A stretch of 35,329 bases of DNA from Bigelowiella natans CCMP2755 (taxonomy: Eukaryota; Protista; Cercozoa). Below, in pieces: positions 12,750 through 25,547 of the stretch; within the stretch, counting starts at the first letter, position 1, and each line of letters begins with the position of its first letter. The notes below the pieces were generated by a model that saw only the letters and a program-made list of their open reading frames with translations, was not told the DNA's origin and did no database searches. The position numbers were made by a program, and so were the translations under genes. The stretch lies in assembly GCA_000320545.1 (NCBI GenBank), contig ADNK01002102.1, forward strand, positions 1 to 35,329, in the 5' to 3' direction.

Positions 12750-15700
12750 TGATATTAGCCAAGGACAGAGTCTCTAAATATATTACATGAAATTTTTGGT
12801 TAGGGTTTTCGTTCACCGCTATCGAGATACAAAACCATGGATCCGCGTGCTATCAATGGAATCTCTCGGAGGATGGATGGCAAATTATTCCAGTTTCTTC
12901 GTCCAGAATAACTTTCTAAGATATATGGGATGGTGTCTAAACGATCAGGTACACATATTGGTGTCAGTTACTTTGTAGGTGTACCATGGATAATTTCAAT
13001 TCTTCAGGTGTCTACAATTAGGGGAACAGTTCTTGATAGTATCACCGAACTTTTAGGGAAGGGAGAAGATCTTGTCGAAATTATGCAGAACTTCTTACTG
13101 CGGTTCATGAAAAGATTTCTAGAAATGGTTGAAGATGAGGATGCTGGAGTTGTTGCGAAGGCTGTGAACCTTGCGACTGTGTTTGTTCGGTAATTCATCT
13201 TTACTTTTTGTTTTTATTTCATTTGAGAGAAGCAGCTTTAGGTATGATTTATTGAACGACGACCAAGGATCCACAATTCCTGCTCTTCTGTGGGATGGGG
13301 ATGAGGAAGTTAGCGCAGCAGCTGCCGAATTTATTCATGCTGATACTTTCGATCTCGAAGAAACTGGTATTCAACTTTGAGCTTCATTTTGTTCAGCGTT
13401 GAGATTGATGACACTCTATATCATTTAGACATGAAAAAGGATGGTCAAGATGAAGAAGATCTAAAGGAACTCGTCCTACTTTTCGGGGAAAATTTCCCAC
13501 AACTAAATTGTGACGGCATTGTAGCCAGCAAAGCTGCTGCCATTGATAAAATGGTCGCCGCCCTCCAAAACGACGTTCCAGTGCTGCAGGTAAAGATTTG
13601 AAGTTCAATCTCGATATATTTCTAACCATTTGGTTCTCTTTCGCAGAATTGGAAACTGTTGGCAAATTCTCTTCTAACGTCATCTTCTGGAAAGAAGAAG
13701 AAAAAAAAGAGAATGCATAATGAATGGAATGAGGAACAACTTGAGATCCTTGCCTACATTCTTCTCTCTGCCGTAAGATCTGCATGTGGTGAGGGTTTCG
13801 AATTCCCATCCAAGAAGAGAGATGAGGTCCGTCATTTATCATCCAAGTTGACATCGAGGATTCACACAGTTTTTTCGCAGGATTCAAATGAAAGCAATCG
13901 TGAAGCATACACCAAAATTTTGGTGAAAGAAATCCCAAGCATGCTACAAACTTTTGAAGCGGAACAAGCTATTATTCTGCCACTCGTTCAAATACCTCAA
14001 TATCTGGACCTGGATTATTTTTCATCTGGAAAGGATAAGGTTCCATGAAATAGAAAAATCAAAAATCATTCTTAAATCTATTTTTGTTCCTTAGACTTTC
14101 AAAGCTATACTTGCTACGACAAAATCTGTGTATTTGAAGCATGTCGATACACAAGTCCATGAAGAAGTCATGAAATCTTTGGCCTATCTTGCAAATGACT
14201 CGCATGATCTCGCCGAAGATGCAGAGCATGAAATCACAGAACTTGCGACGACATTAGTTCGTCAACTTTCAGAGCTAGATCTAGAAGGAAGCGAACAGGT
14301 ATGTAGATCAGAGATTCGGTAGTGTTCCATCCTAATTCGCATAATTTAGGACGACTCTACGATTCAAAGTATAAAAGTTGGTGTGAATAGACTCAACACG
14401 CTGTTGAAGCTGAAAGATTGTTCGGATTTAGTGGATCTAGAGTACAAAGAACTCCAAAAAAGATTCCTCATTGATTCAGAGGACCCTGAGGTTCGGTATT
14501 AACTCTGTATACGACCCCAGTTATGATTCATTTTACTTTTTATCAGCTTGGAATAGCCCTTTTGGACCTTGATTACATTCGGTTCATGTGGACCTTCTCA
14601 AAATCTGGCGATAAAAAAATGGACAAATTAGATAGAACTGTCGAATCTATGTATGATAATGTTGGACACGTGCTTTCGAGTAAGGAAGTGGATGAAGAAC
14701 TGAAGATTAGGGTAAGAAATTCCATCGACCCCTAGTATTGTATTAATTATGGCGTTAACAGGCATGTCAGATGGTTACAAGCCTATTTGCAACTTCATCC
14801 ACCGGGATGATTCCAAAGCCTTCGACAGGCTTGAAAGAAAATTATCGCGAGTTCTTGGATTCTGTCCTGGAATCAAGTCTCGAATCACCCGAAGATCTTG
14901 GTAGAGAATAACTTAATCCAATGCGCAACTCTCCCACTAATTTTCAAAATTCAGATTTTCGCATCGTTGAAAATATTGGGCTACTTGCTAATGGATACGA
15001 CGACTTCAGCGACGCCGTGCACACAGTCTTTCGCTATTATTTGAGACTTGGAAAAGAATTTGACGAACTCATAAAGCGCGCAGTTGCAAACATGCGCAAG
15101 CACCCGGACGTTTCAGTCGTTCTCAGAGCTCAACTCGGCACCTTAAAAGAGGTGTTTCATATCGAGAAGAATAATACTAATCATGATGGCGAAGGAGATA
15201 AGAAGGAAGAATTTAACATTGGATCAAGAACCAAGGCTGTCGCAGGAAAATTTGCCTTGATGCATGGATTTTCCGACAAGAAACGATCATTTGGTGGATT
15301 TTTGAAAGAAGGCGTCGAATACGCATTTGAAAACGGATCCACGTTTCTAGATTCTGCAGTTTTGCCTTTTGCATCCAGGAGCTCCGAGAAGGATCTCCGA
15401 TACATGTAAACTCCTCTATATTCTTATAAAAATATAGTTTACTAACTCAAAGCTAATGCAGGTATGCATACCTCTATCGCGAGCAAAGGAAACTTCCTTT
15501 AGAAGGGGAGGAAAAGAAAGGAGTAGAAGCTTTCACCGCCAAAATAAAGAAAATGATATTCAGGAAAAATAAAAAACAGAGAGGTACTAATGTTTTTTTG
15601 AGGGAGATATTAGTACCTGAATGCGAGGCTGACTTTATATTTTTCCAGAAAAAGGCGCAATGCGATCTCCAGAATTTAAATCCAAGAAGGCATCTGGAAA

Positions 15701-15926
15701 ATCTATTAATGAGGAGGAACAGGAAGACGACGATAATCAGGAAGATGAAAAATCGCAATCCGTAGAGATTGATCAACGCGAGTTTGATGAAGATAGTCAA
15801 GATGATGTTGAAGAAATCGAAATGGACCAAAGTTCCAAGCGGAGAACTCGGCGTCGCAGTCGGAAGACTCCAGCGAAAGAGAATCCTCCCCCCACCGAGC
15901 GTTCTTCTAAGAGAAGGAAGAAGTGA
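11478..15926 (+). CDS. SCC3: Cohesin subunit SCC3/STAG (stromalin), about 17 mostly short introns
   Basis: STAG and SCD signatures after splicing: NEYPL, FWQKLV, EWLKELS, FNG|VFVHRYRDTKPWIR..SMESLGGWMANYSSFF..NFLRYMGWCLND, FLLRFMKRFLEM..DED..V. The tail is acidic then basic, ending RRKK* at 15926. The first exons are less certain. Confidence 0.92.
12702..12748. repeat. (TG)n microsatellite in the one long SCC3 intron
   Basis: Directly visible. Confidence 0.9.
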
Positions 15927-16756
15927 AGCGTTTACTTTTTGTTCGCGTATACTCACAAAAATGGTCGTCAACAAGCATTTTATTTTCTTTAAGGTTGGGA
16001 GAGATTTAGAAGCTGAATGAACGAATACAGTCCATAGCAGAACATAACAAGATTTTGAATTCTGTGTTATAGTGATCTAGTGATGCATGTGCATTTCATT
16101 TTGCATAAAGCATAGCACTAGCCTAAGTAGCTACGTAACGCAACAATGCACTTGACGCTTTGCAAACGCACACGTGCACACATGCTAGCATGGACCGAGT
16201 GACAAATCCATTTGGTATTTGCAGTGTGACCTCGATCGTTATTTGTTTCAACGTTGAACGTAACTAAAATGTGCATGCTTGAGAGCAATGGACATGGAGC
16301 TAAATGGACGTGTACGTGCGCAGACATGCGACGGATGCAACCATGATTGAATGTTTTCAACGGACACATCCCAACATGACCGCTGCTTGGCCACTTGGCC
16401 ACGTGCATGAACACAAGACGGATGTGATGAAATGTTCAAATTTTTTCAATCGTCATCCCAATGTAGGCTAAACTACCCGCAAGCAAAGCTACATTGTACG
16501 TATAAGTTATGAACACGCTAGCATGCCCAAACATCATCATGATGAATCGAAACTCAAGTCTGTGTTGCGGGTATTTACGAACAAAATTGAGGAATTTTTT
16601 ATTAGAGTATAATTCGACAATCATCGTAATAAAACTACATTTTTTATTTTAAGCTAGCTTGCTGTCATCGCTTGCAAAAGACGAAACTGTTCGGACACAA
16701 TGGCGTTTCAGCTGCCTGCGTACAAGTCAACTTGCATCGCGTCATCAACTTCTGTA
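15927..16756. other. Convergent intergenic spacer 3 with RY/palindrome block
   Basis: Examples acgcacacgtgcacacatgctagcatg (about 16166-16192) and acgtgtacgtgcgca (16308-16322). Confidence 0.75.
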
Positions 16757-18118
16757 TTATAAAGGGTTTGGCTTCCTCCCTGCCGCAATGGTTAGGCTGG
16801 AGGTGAATGCTACGAGAGCTACAAATCCCAGCAAAGTGCACAGACTCCCCAAAAACATTTGAAAATACCTTTATAACAAAAGACCCATTTAGTCAAAAAT
16901 GAATAATACCGAGAACTACATCCTTGCAGTTGTGTTTATTTTGTTGTGGCGTTCAGTGAATATGATTACGGCATGTTGCCTTCTGCAATAACTGTCCCCG
17001 TCCACGGGCAAAAATGGTCCATACCCTAGTTATTATCGATGCAGGGTTAAGGATGTGTGATCTCGAACACGACGGCTCGTACTACGAGGGCAGTAAATAG
17101 GGCCTAGTTTTAAGGGATGATAAAAGGACGTGTATATGCCCTCACCCTCACTATGACTTGCGACTCCTCGCAGAACGCTTCGTTCTTTCGAATATAAGCT
17201 TTTGCCTAATAAACGTAGGAATAAGGTGAATCGTAGGAATGAGGTGTGTTTTGATGTGTTTTCTCCGGCGGAAAAAGATGATAAAGGTGTACTTTATCCC
17301 TTAGAAGCTGTATCTGTAAGCAGAATCACCACCACCACCATCCACCATCCCATTACTTTGTACTAACACCAACAAACTACCATATTGCTCCATCGCCGCG
17401 TTCTGATGTCCGGCTCTCTTTCCATATCTTCGGGGTCTCTGCGGACAATGCCAGGGTCCACAGTGCCCGTGAGGCCTTTTGCAGAAGAGAAGAAGAAGGA
17501 GAAGAAGAAGAAAAAAGAAATAGAAAGGTGTGAGCAGTGTGATTCCAATTGGACAGCATCATCACCACCACCACTACCACCACCACCACCACCACCACGG
17601 GTTGGTATGATGAAGGTTTACTACTGCAGCTGCACAACAATGGCTCTATCATCATCCACCTCCTGCTATACTATCTACCTTATCACTGTCAGTAGAACCC
17701 AATAATAACATTATCATCCCCATCCCCCTCAATATCACTACAGAATAGTGATGATTCCACCGCCACCACCACCACAAATAATACCTAGTGCTACGAGGTT
17801 CGTTCCTAGTATTAGCATCGCTGCCAAATGCCTTTTTTCGACAACAAGAAGCACTTAGTTGATAAGTTGCGAGTGATGATGTCTCGTGCAGGAAAAAATC
17901 AGTCATCGATGATACTACGATGAGGAGGGGTTTGTGCACAGGGACAGAGAGTGTGCGAGCAGCCAATACACATTGGGTGAGCTTCATAATGTCCCACTTA
18001 CTCACCACATGAAGTTGAGTCTTGGCAAGAAGGTCCATAAAGCTGAAAGGCTTATTATCGATATTATTCCCATTGTAATGAAAGTCATCGGCCTGAAATG
18101 ATGAAAATAAAGGTGATT

Positions 18119-18153
<35 letters not shown>

Positions 18154-18818
18154 ACGACGATAAGAAGCCAAACATTTGTTGTTGTGTTGCTGTGAAAGTT
18201 CTTTTTTCAACAACAACTAACCAACAAGCCCCTAGCATGCAGCGTATCTTGATCTCAGGTTCGCCCAATTCTGATTATGATAGTTTAACAGTGCATGCAT
18301 CAATAATGATAATGAATTTCCTATATATATCGCACTTTGAGTGTATGTCCGGACATCGGAAGCGCGAAAGCATAATTTTAGAATGCTTGAATGATACCTG
18401 ACGTAATTTTCTCGGCCCGACACACGTACATTCGTCCAACCTAGATGCAAATCACCAACATGAATAATATCTGACGAGGAAGCATTCTGGTCCATCATCA
18501 TCTGCGAAAGTGCTAACACACATTTTCCCACTTCCGCACAGCCACTCACCAGATATCACCGATGATTCATGAACCGATCGCTATGATATGCGTTCGATTG
18601 TGCAAGTGCGCCTAAAACGAGCGAGGCGAAAATCGATTCGTTTTTTTGGCGAATATGTGTACCCCCCCTCCATGCTGCTGTACACGTATTTAGTACCTTA
18701 TACTTGTAGCACCATCGAGGTGGTGCAGGAACCATGTAAGATAGGGTGTGTGGCCTGGGTTCTACCTCGGAATAGTTGTATCCTGGAAGAATCTGAGAAG
18801 CACACACATACACACACA

Positions 18819-18890
<72 letters not shown>

Positions 18891-19359
18891 GAGGAAGAAG
18901 AGCACAAACTTTATTAGAATCCACAAGATATAATTCTGATTTGCACAATATTTGGTGTTGGGTGAACATGAGAAGCCCTTGACGTCAGAGAAGTTAAGCA
19001 AGGGCAGGAAAGGATTGCTAATGCTTCTTATTGCAATTTCACCTCTGACGAAGCTTTTTCCAGTGGAACAGGTTTTGAAGGATGTGCTGCCATTCTCGTC
19101 GAAACCCTATACAAAGATTCAACTTCAGCAGTGGCAAACATGTGCAACTCTCCTGCACATTGTAATCACTTGTCGTCATCCTCTCGTGATATAAGTAGCC
19201 CCCTTATCGATCATAAGACGTTACGAGACTGGCTTTGCCATATCGTCCAACAGGTATTTCACTTTGTGTTTTAGTCTCTCATCTGAGCATATAAAAACGA
19301 TTTGTCAACCTCGACTGGTTTTCTTGATCCATGATCTCCAGAGGCGCCTCGTCTCCCAT
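16757..19359 (-). CDS. DHHC-family palmitoyltransferase-like protein with DHFC motif, about 252 aa, 3 predicted TM segments
   Basis: Eleven phase-consistent exons: 19359-19310, 19106-19043, 18792-18697, 18440-18398, 18270-18222, 18092-18006, 17831-17785, 17475-17381, 17205-17146, 17025-16970, 16868-16757. Protein includes CMLGACWPMTF(TM1)...(TM2)LTGTVDPGIVRR...AFCEESQVIVRGMDHFCPWTGTVIAEGNMPYFQMFL(TM3). Essentially invisible in the ORF track. The first two exons are less certain. Confidence 0.85.
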
Positions 19360-20669
19360 TTCTCGTATCTTAAGGCAATTGGTTCCAGGAGATCGCACCC
19401 GAGAAAGAGCGTTCAAGTCTTAAAAGGGAAGGAGTATTTTGCCTAAATTTACGATATTTAAGTCCATTTCTTGAGTATGTACGAGCATTATCAAGTCGTT
19501 CGTAGAAAAAGATCTATTTCCTTCTTCAAAGACTGCTGTATTAAAAGTTGTGAATTTTCTTCATATTTTAGAACATGTTTATAGTATATTTTATCCCTGC
19601 GACTGGAGAATGAACCCGCAAATGGAATGCCATTACTCGTCCAGATTTTCACGAGACGACTTAGTTATAGTCTGTAATATATATACTACGACAGAAAATA
19701 CTTGTTGTCTCACTTTTGTTTCTGCGAAACTGAACCTAAAAGCCTTAGGTTAGACTCAATTCAAACACCATGCCGTTCTAGGGTTGTTGATTTTCCTAAT
19801 AATTGATGATACGACAACGATTATTGGTTGTCTCTAAAAAATATAAGGAATGTTATCTTTGGATCTACATCCGTATCTCTCAACTCCCATCTGAAACCGA
19901 ATCGGTTTGGATCGAACTGTGGCTCTGCGGGGGGGAGGGGAAGGACTGACACATTCCTGATACTTGTGTGACATTACCTGTTTGAAAGAAAAATTTCCAT
20001 TCTTCATTTACATCTTTCTAAGCCCACAAAATTTCAATCTTGGTTCCATCCATTAAAAAATGATTTCGGAACACATTTAGTACTATTCATATCGGCATCC
20101 TGCTGAGGCACTTGAGAGGGAAGCAGGGGTACTTCCTACCAGTTTGGAGTTTCATTATCGAGGAATTAGGTCAATACAGCTTACAACAATAACAGAAATA
20201 CACTAATTTCTCAATTTAATTCCTGGCATTATGAACAATGTTCCTATCTAACCAAAGTTTTTAAAGTTTTATCATGTGAAGGGAGTTTCATGAAAATTGG
20301 GCATGACAATATAAATATTTTGACTGCGTTTACTATATGTATGGGGTACAGAGAGTCGCAGGAAAAAACCTCTTAATGAGAAGGTGGAAGAAGAGACAGC
20401 ATAACGCAATGTTCACAGCTGGGCTTTGAATGATGAGAAGAGGTTAAATCCCTTCAATCTGAAGAGCCAACTAGGTACTATATTCCCGTCCATATTGTAA
20501 TTCATTATTTAGGTATACCACTATTAGAATTAGTATCTATTCTAATTCCTATAATTTCGTCCTCATTGCATCGAAGCAGCAACTCACTCATTGTCGGCAA
20601 CATCTACCAATCGAAGGTGAGACCGAGAAAAAAGAAGAAGAGAAGAAGGTTGCAACGTAAGGGTGGAAA
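19360..20669. promoter_or_regulatory. Divergent intergenic/promoter region (DHFC gene / PH-like gene)
   Basis: AT-rich, A/T tracts, no convincing ORF; may contain 5' UTR exons. Confidence 0.45.
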
Positions 20670-23600
20670 ATGATTCCCCAATCTGTGAAGGATCTTGCCT
20701 CAAATTTTGAGAAGGGTTCCCAGAAGGACGGTGAGAATCAAAAGGGTGATGCCGTCTCAAAACCTAAGGTTAGCCGACTCATAGGGGAGAATGTTATTTA
20801 TTGGTCCTACAACTATTTGCATCGTGTCACTCGTCCAACATCATCGGTAAAAACCAGTACTTGTGAAACAACGTGGGCTCAACTTGATGTTGAGGATGAA
20901 GCTCCAAACCACTGATTCCCTCCACCTCCTGATTTCAATTTGTAGTACATCACAAGTAACAGTACATACACTTGATGCCGAAGACAAGGATTCCATGTCT
21001 AATGAAAGTTGCTAATTCGCGAAAAAATCCATGATTACAAACAGAACAAATAGAAAAGATTGAGGTGTGTTTCTTTCCCTCGATACTCTTTGACAGGGCC
21101 TCCAGAGACAGCGCTCGAAGTCCTCGCTTCTGAAGAAGAAATTTGAGGATGCTATCGCCAGGAACAAAGCTGGAAGTGACTCCATCATCCCACCGATTGA
21201 CCGTCATCCGTCGATAGTTAGAAATCGAGGCAGATCAGTTCAAGATCTCTTATCGAATTTTCAGCGCAGTTCTTCGCCTGGAGATACCAGCAATGATTGT
21301 GGCGCAGGGAAGCAGCAGCGGGTTGTACAGCAGCGAACTAATAGGCGATATAATCGTAAAGCACGAACGTGTAGTTTGCCGGAGACGGAACGGAAGCGAG
21401 CTGGTAGTTTGGCCAAGGCGGAAAAGAATAAAGAAGAAGTCGAAGAAGTCGAAGAAGAAAAAGAAGAAGAAGAAGAAAGCTTGGCAAAGGAGGAGAAGGA
21501 AGATAGTGATGATGATGACGATGATGATGATGATGGAGAGGAGGAGCAGAAGGAAAAGGAGAGAATAAGCAACGTTCTTGGAGTATTATCGTCTCATCCT
21601 GATCAAGAGGCCAATATAGAAGAAAAAAATGAAGAAAAGAGTGAGGGGACCGTGGGGGAGAGCCAGAAGAAGGAAGATGACGGAAAACTGCCTGAACAAA
21701 GAAATGAGGAGGAAGAGCAAAAGGGTGGTGGGAATCCACTTCAGAATAAAAATAAGAAGTGGGAGGAAGAGCAACAGCAGGAGGGGGAAGGAAAGGCGGG
21801 GGAAGAAGATGAAGGAACCGTACCCATCCCCCCTCTACAAATAGACGAAAAGGGCGAAGAGAATTATGAGAAACCGCCTCAACATACAAGCAAGGAAGAA
21901 CAGAGTAGGAGGATAATAGTTCATCAACAAAGAAGCGAAGAGAAGGAGGAGGAGGTGGGAAAGGACCAAAACAGAGAAGAAGATCAGAGAATAGGGATGG
22001 AATCAGTACAAGACAAGGATCCTATAACAGCACCACCAACAGTAGGTATAATAGAAGAAGAAGGAGTATCACCACCAGCAACGATAAACCTTGAGCTGCT
22101 ACCTCCTCCTCCTCCTGTAGAAGGGAAGGAAGAGAAGCCACTTCAAAGTACAAGTGAAGAGGGGGTAGGTAGAAAGTCCGCTTATCAACAAAGAAGCGAA
22201 GAAAAGGAGGAGAAGGAGCAAAGCAAAGAGGACGATGAGAGAATAGGGATGGAATCAATACAAGACAAGGAGTCTCCTCCTGTGACACCATCATCACCAA
22301 CAGTACATATAGAAGTAGAAGAGGCGATGCCACCAGCAACGATAAATCTTGAGCTGCCTCCTCCTCTTCCCCATCAGCTTCGAAATAGAGTATCTTCAGG
22401 TTTTTCCACGTCGGATAATGAGGATATTGGGTTCACAACATACTTATCTCCATCATCGCCTAACGGACCGTCTATTCAGCTCTCAGAAACCATCATGGAC
22501 TGTGGCTCCCATAGTAGTGTTGCGGAGGAGGAAAAGGGGGACTGGAAGATTGCGCACGCGCTGCAGTCCCCAACAACTGATACTTCTCAGGCCACCTCGG
22601 ACATCGAGGAGGATGAGGAGGACAACAATGGAGGATTAGACTCCACCGTTGTCACCGCCGCTCCCCCCCCTATCCCCTCTCGCTCGGCGGCTGAGAGAAT
22701 GACCGAAGAGAAAGCGCAGCTGCAGCAACAGCAGCAGCAGGAGGAGGAGGAGGAGGAGGAGGAGGAGGGAGCGAACAATTCAAGGCTATTAGAAGGGGGG
22801 AGCGTAGGTATCCGAGACGTTGACAGCGCGCCTTTGCCACCCCCCCCACCGCCGCCGCCCCCGCCCATGGGCGATGATGATGCTAGCCATACCGGAGAGA
22901 GTTGTGAGGAAGACAAATACAATGCTGCTGAAGGCAGCAGCAATGAAGTCATTAGTAGCATCGCATCCGTGGCACCTCTATCTCGCTTTGAGTCCAATAA
23001 TTCAATCAGTATGATCTCAGCGATGCCTCCACTCGCCAGCCCACAGACCCAGCAGCTGAATTCCATCAGTGAGGAGGAAGGAGGAGATGGAGGGGAGAGA
23101 GATACAATAACAACCACCACCACCACCACCACCACTAGCTCCACTGTTCCTGCAGCTATGAGTGGGGGTGGTAGGGGTCAGTCATCGCCTGCCGCCTTCT
23201 TCGACAAGCTTAGTGTTGAGGGGGGAGGATTCCGCAGCAGCAGAGAGAGAAAGCAGCAGCAGGAGGAGGAGGGGGAGGGGGAGCAGGGACCTAGTAGAAA
23301 CCTAAAGGGCATAGCCGACAGCGGTGACGCGTTTAGCAATTCGTCGTCGATGTCAGACCCCCACTCTCCAAAAATGAAGAAAGTGATGATAAAGGAGGAG
23401 GAGGAGGAGGAGGAGGAGGAGGGGAGGGGGGGTGACGACCCTCCACGTTTGTCTAATTTCCTCCCCCCACCGCCGGTGATACCGTCGGCGGCGGAGATCG
23501 ATGGCAGTGTTGGCGGCATTGAGCGGACCACACCCATTCTTCGAGTAAACCACGGGGCCTTTCATGAGATGAAGAACAACAACCAAATGCTGCTGAAGGG

Positions 23601-24026
23601 AGACGATCCATCGGGAGACAGTGCGGCAAAGCAGAGCTTTATTTTGGCGAACAAGGTATGCATAGTATAGTAGGGATGGCATTTGATGATTGCTGCACTG
23701 GCTATCATCCTACACCCAAAAGAAACAAGAATAAAGAAGAAGACAATTCCCCCCTTTGAGAGGGTGGGCGAGAGAGGAAAAGGCTTTCTGATGTGTCCTC
23801 ATCCTCAATCTCCTCCCGCTATTCAATGCACTATACCTTAGAATTGTTTTTGTTTGCTAATATTTCCTTATCGTAATATAATATCTGACCACCACCACCA
23901 CCACCACCACCACCAATGACATCCTGCAGCAGAGCAGCACCACGCCTCGCTATCGTATGCATCACAGAAAGTTCTCGGTGAAAAGGGCAGAATTGTTCTC
24001 AACCGTAGACACAGGTAGTATGTTGG

Positions 24027-24070
<44 letters not shown>

Positions 24071-24146
24071 AGTTGTGTTAGTGGTAGTAGTTGTAACGAG
24101 TAATAAAAAGCGAGAGCTAGGAGTTAAGAATTACCACGCGCGCGCG

Positions 24147-24177
<31 letters not shown>

Positions 24178-25035
24178 GCAAACTCCTACTCCTCCTCCTC
24201 CTCTCGGATGGATGCACAGAGGGACATTTGCGGCGGACGAAGTGCTTTGCAATGGTGAAGGACTACTGCCGACAAACCGTCCCCATTATGAGCGAAGTGC
24301 TCGAGTATTGTCAAATAGAAAACGGGGCTCTCAAGAGCTTCATACACATGCTAGAGTCCGACCACTTTTCCAAGAGAAGGTCAGGGCACAGACGCAGCGG
24401 TTCCTACGATCCAGAAAGGTGTACTCCTCCTCCTCTTCCTCTCCTTAGCCTTAGCAGCCTCCTCCTCCTCCTCCTTGTCTTTGTCCTAATGTACTACGTA
24501 CGATGACGAGCTGTGTAATGATGACCAGACATACTCTAGAAACGATTAAATGAACGACATAGTAGCAGTAGTAGTAGGAGAGGAATCAACGCTATATATA
24601 CCTGCATATATGAGGACGAGTAGAGGGAGGGGGTGGCGCAGGAATAACAGCGATAATAACATCACACTGCGTGACTTATTCCCCCCCCCCCTCCCCCCCC
24701 CCTTGACTCAGGCGTGTGGATGATCCAACGGAGCCAGTGAGGGTGCTGTGCGGTATAAATGAACGGCTTGGAAAGAGCAGGGCAGGCAGCGTGTTAGAGA
24801 AGGCTAACGCCCAGCTGGAGGAGCAGAACCAGAAGAAGATAGAAGACAAAAAGTTCGCCAACCAGATCGCCGGGCTAATATCCGCGGAAATCACTCGCTC
24901 TCAGCCGAAGCTCTTCTCCGTGAACAAGGTGAACAAGTGGAACTCCAACAGCGCGAGGGAGGTGGAAGTGGATCCGAAAGAGAACCGCATCCTCATCACG
25001 AAAGTCAAAGATAAAAAGGTGAGTGAGTGTCGTTG

Positions 25036-25101
<66 letters not shown>

Positions 25102-25417
25102 TGTATTTTTGTGAATAATGAATAAACTCATCGGTCGTCATCGAGCATCTGGCTTATGCACAGAAGCTTGGTACATACTGCCAAGCATCGTCATCTGCAT
25201 CAAACAGCTCTTACTCCAAAAGATATATCGTTTCCTCATGAGTGTCTCTCTACCCACCCTTCTCCTCCTTCCTCCCATGAAGAGTACTCTGGCAAGATCA
25301 TTCTCGGGGCTGTCAACCACTAGCGACACCTCAGATTGCTTCATCATCAACAAGCAAAACTTTGTGGTGAGCTGCTTCAGCTGTGCTGTTTTCTGCTAAT
25401 ACTGTTCTCTGCTAATA

Positions 25418-25466
<49 letters not shown>

Positions 25467-25469
25467 ACC

Positions 25470-25547
<78 letters not shown>

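Noticed and set aside
16118-16439. His/Cys/Met-rich ORFs in convergent spacers (also 4987-5256, 26206-26579, 34315-34768)
   Set aside because: RY alternation automatically yields CAT/TGC/ATG/GCA/CAC codons and few stops; no domain or splice support.
18970-19253. Stop-free plus-strand frame ending at CAG|GT
   Set aside because: Antisense to the better supported DHFC exons; no recognisable product or partner exons.
7411-19359. Functional cluster or operon of GST, Derlin, SCC3 and DHFC
   Set aside because: Unrelated pathways on alternating strands; no evidence of a shared function.
19400-20600. AT-rich stretch as inserted virus, transposon or organelle DNA
   Set aside because: No long ORF, terminal repeats or recognisable viral/organellar genes; resembles the other divergent spacers.
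22022-23682. Several long antisense ORFs
   Set aside because: Shadows of the low-complexity 2.56-kb coding exon.
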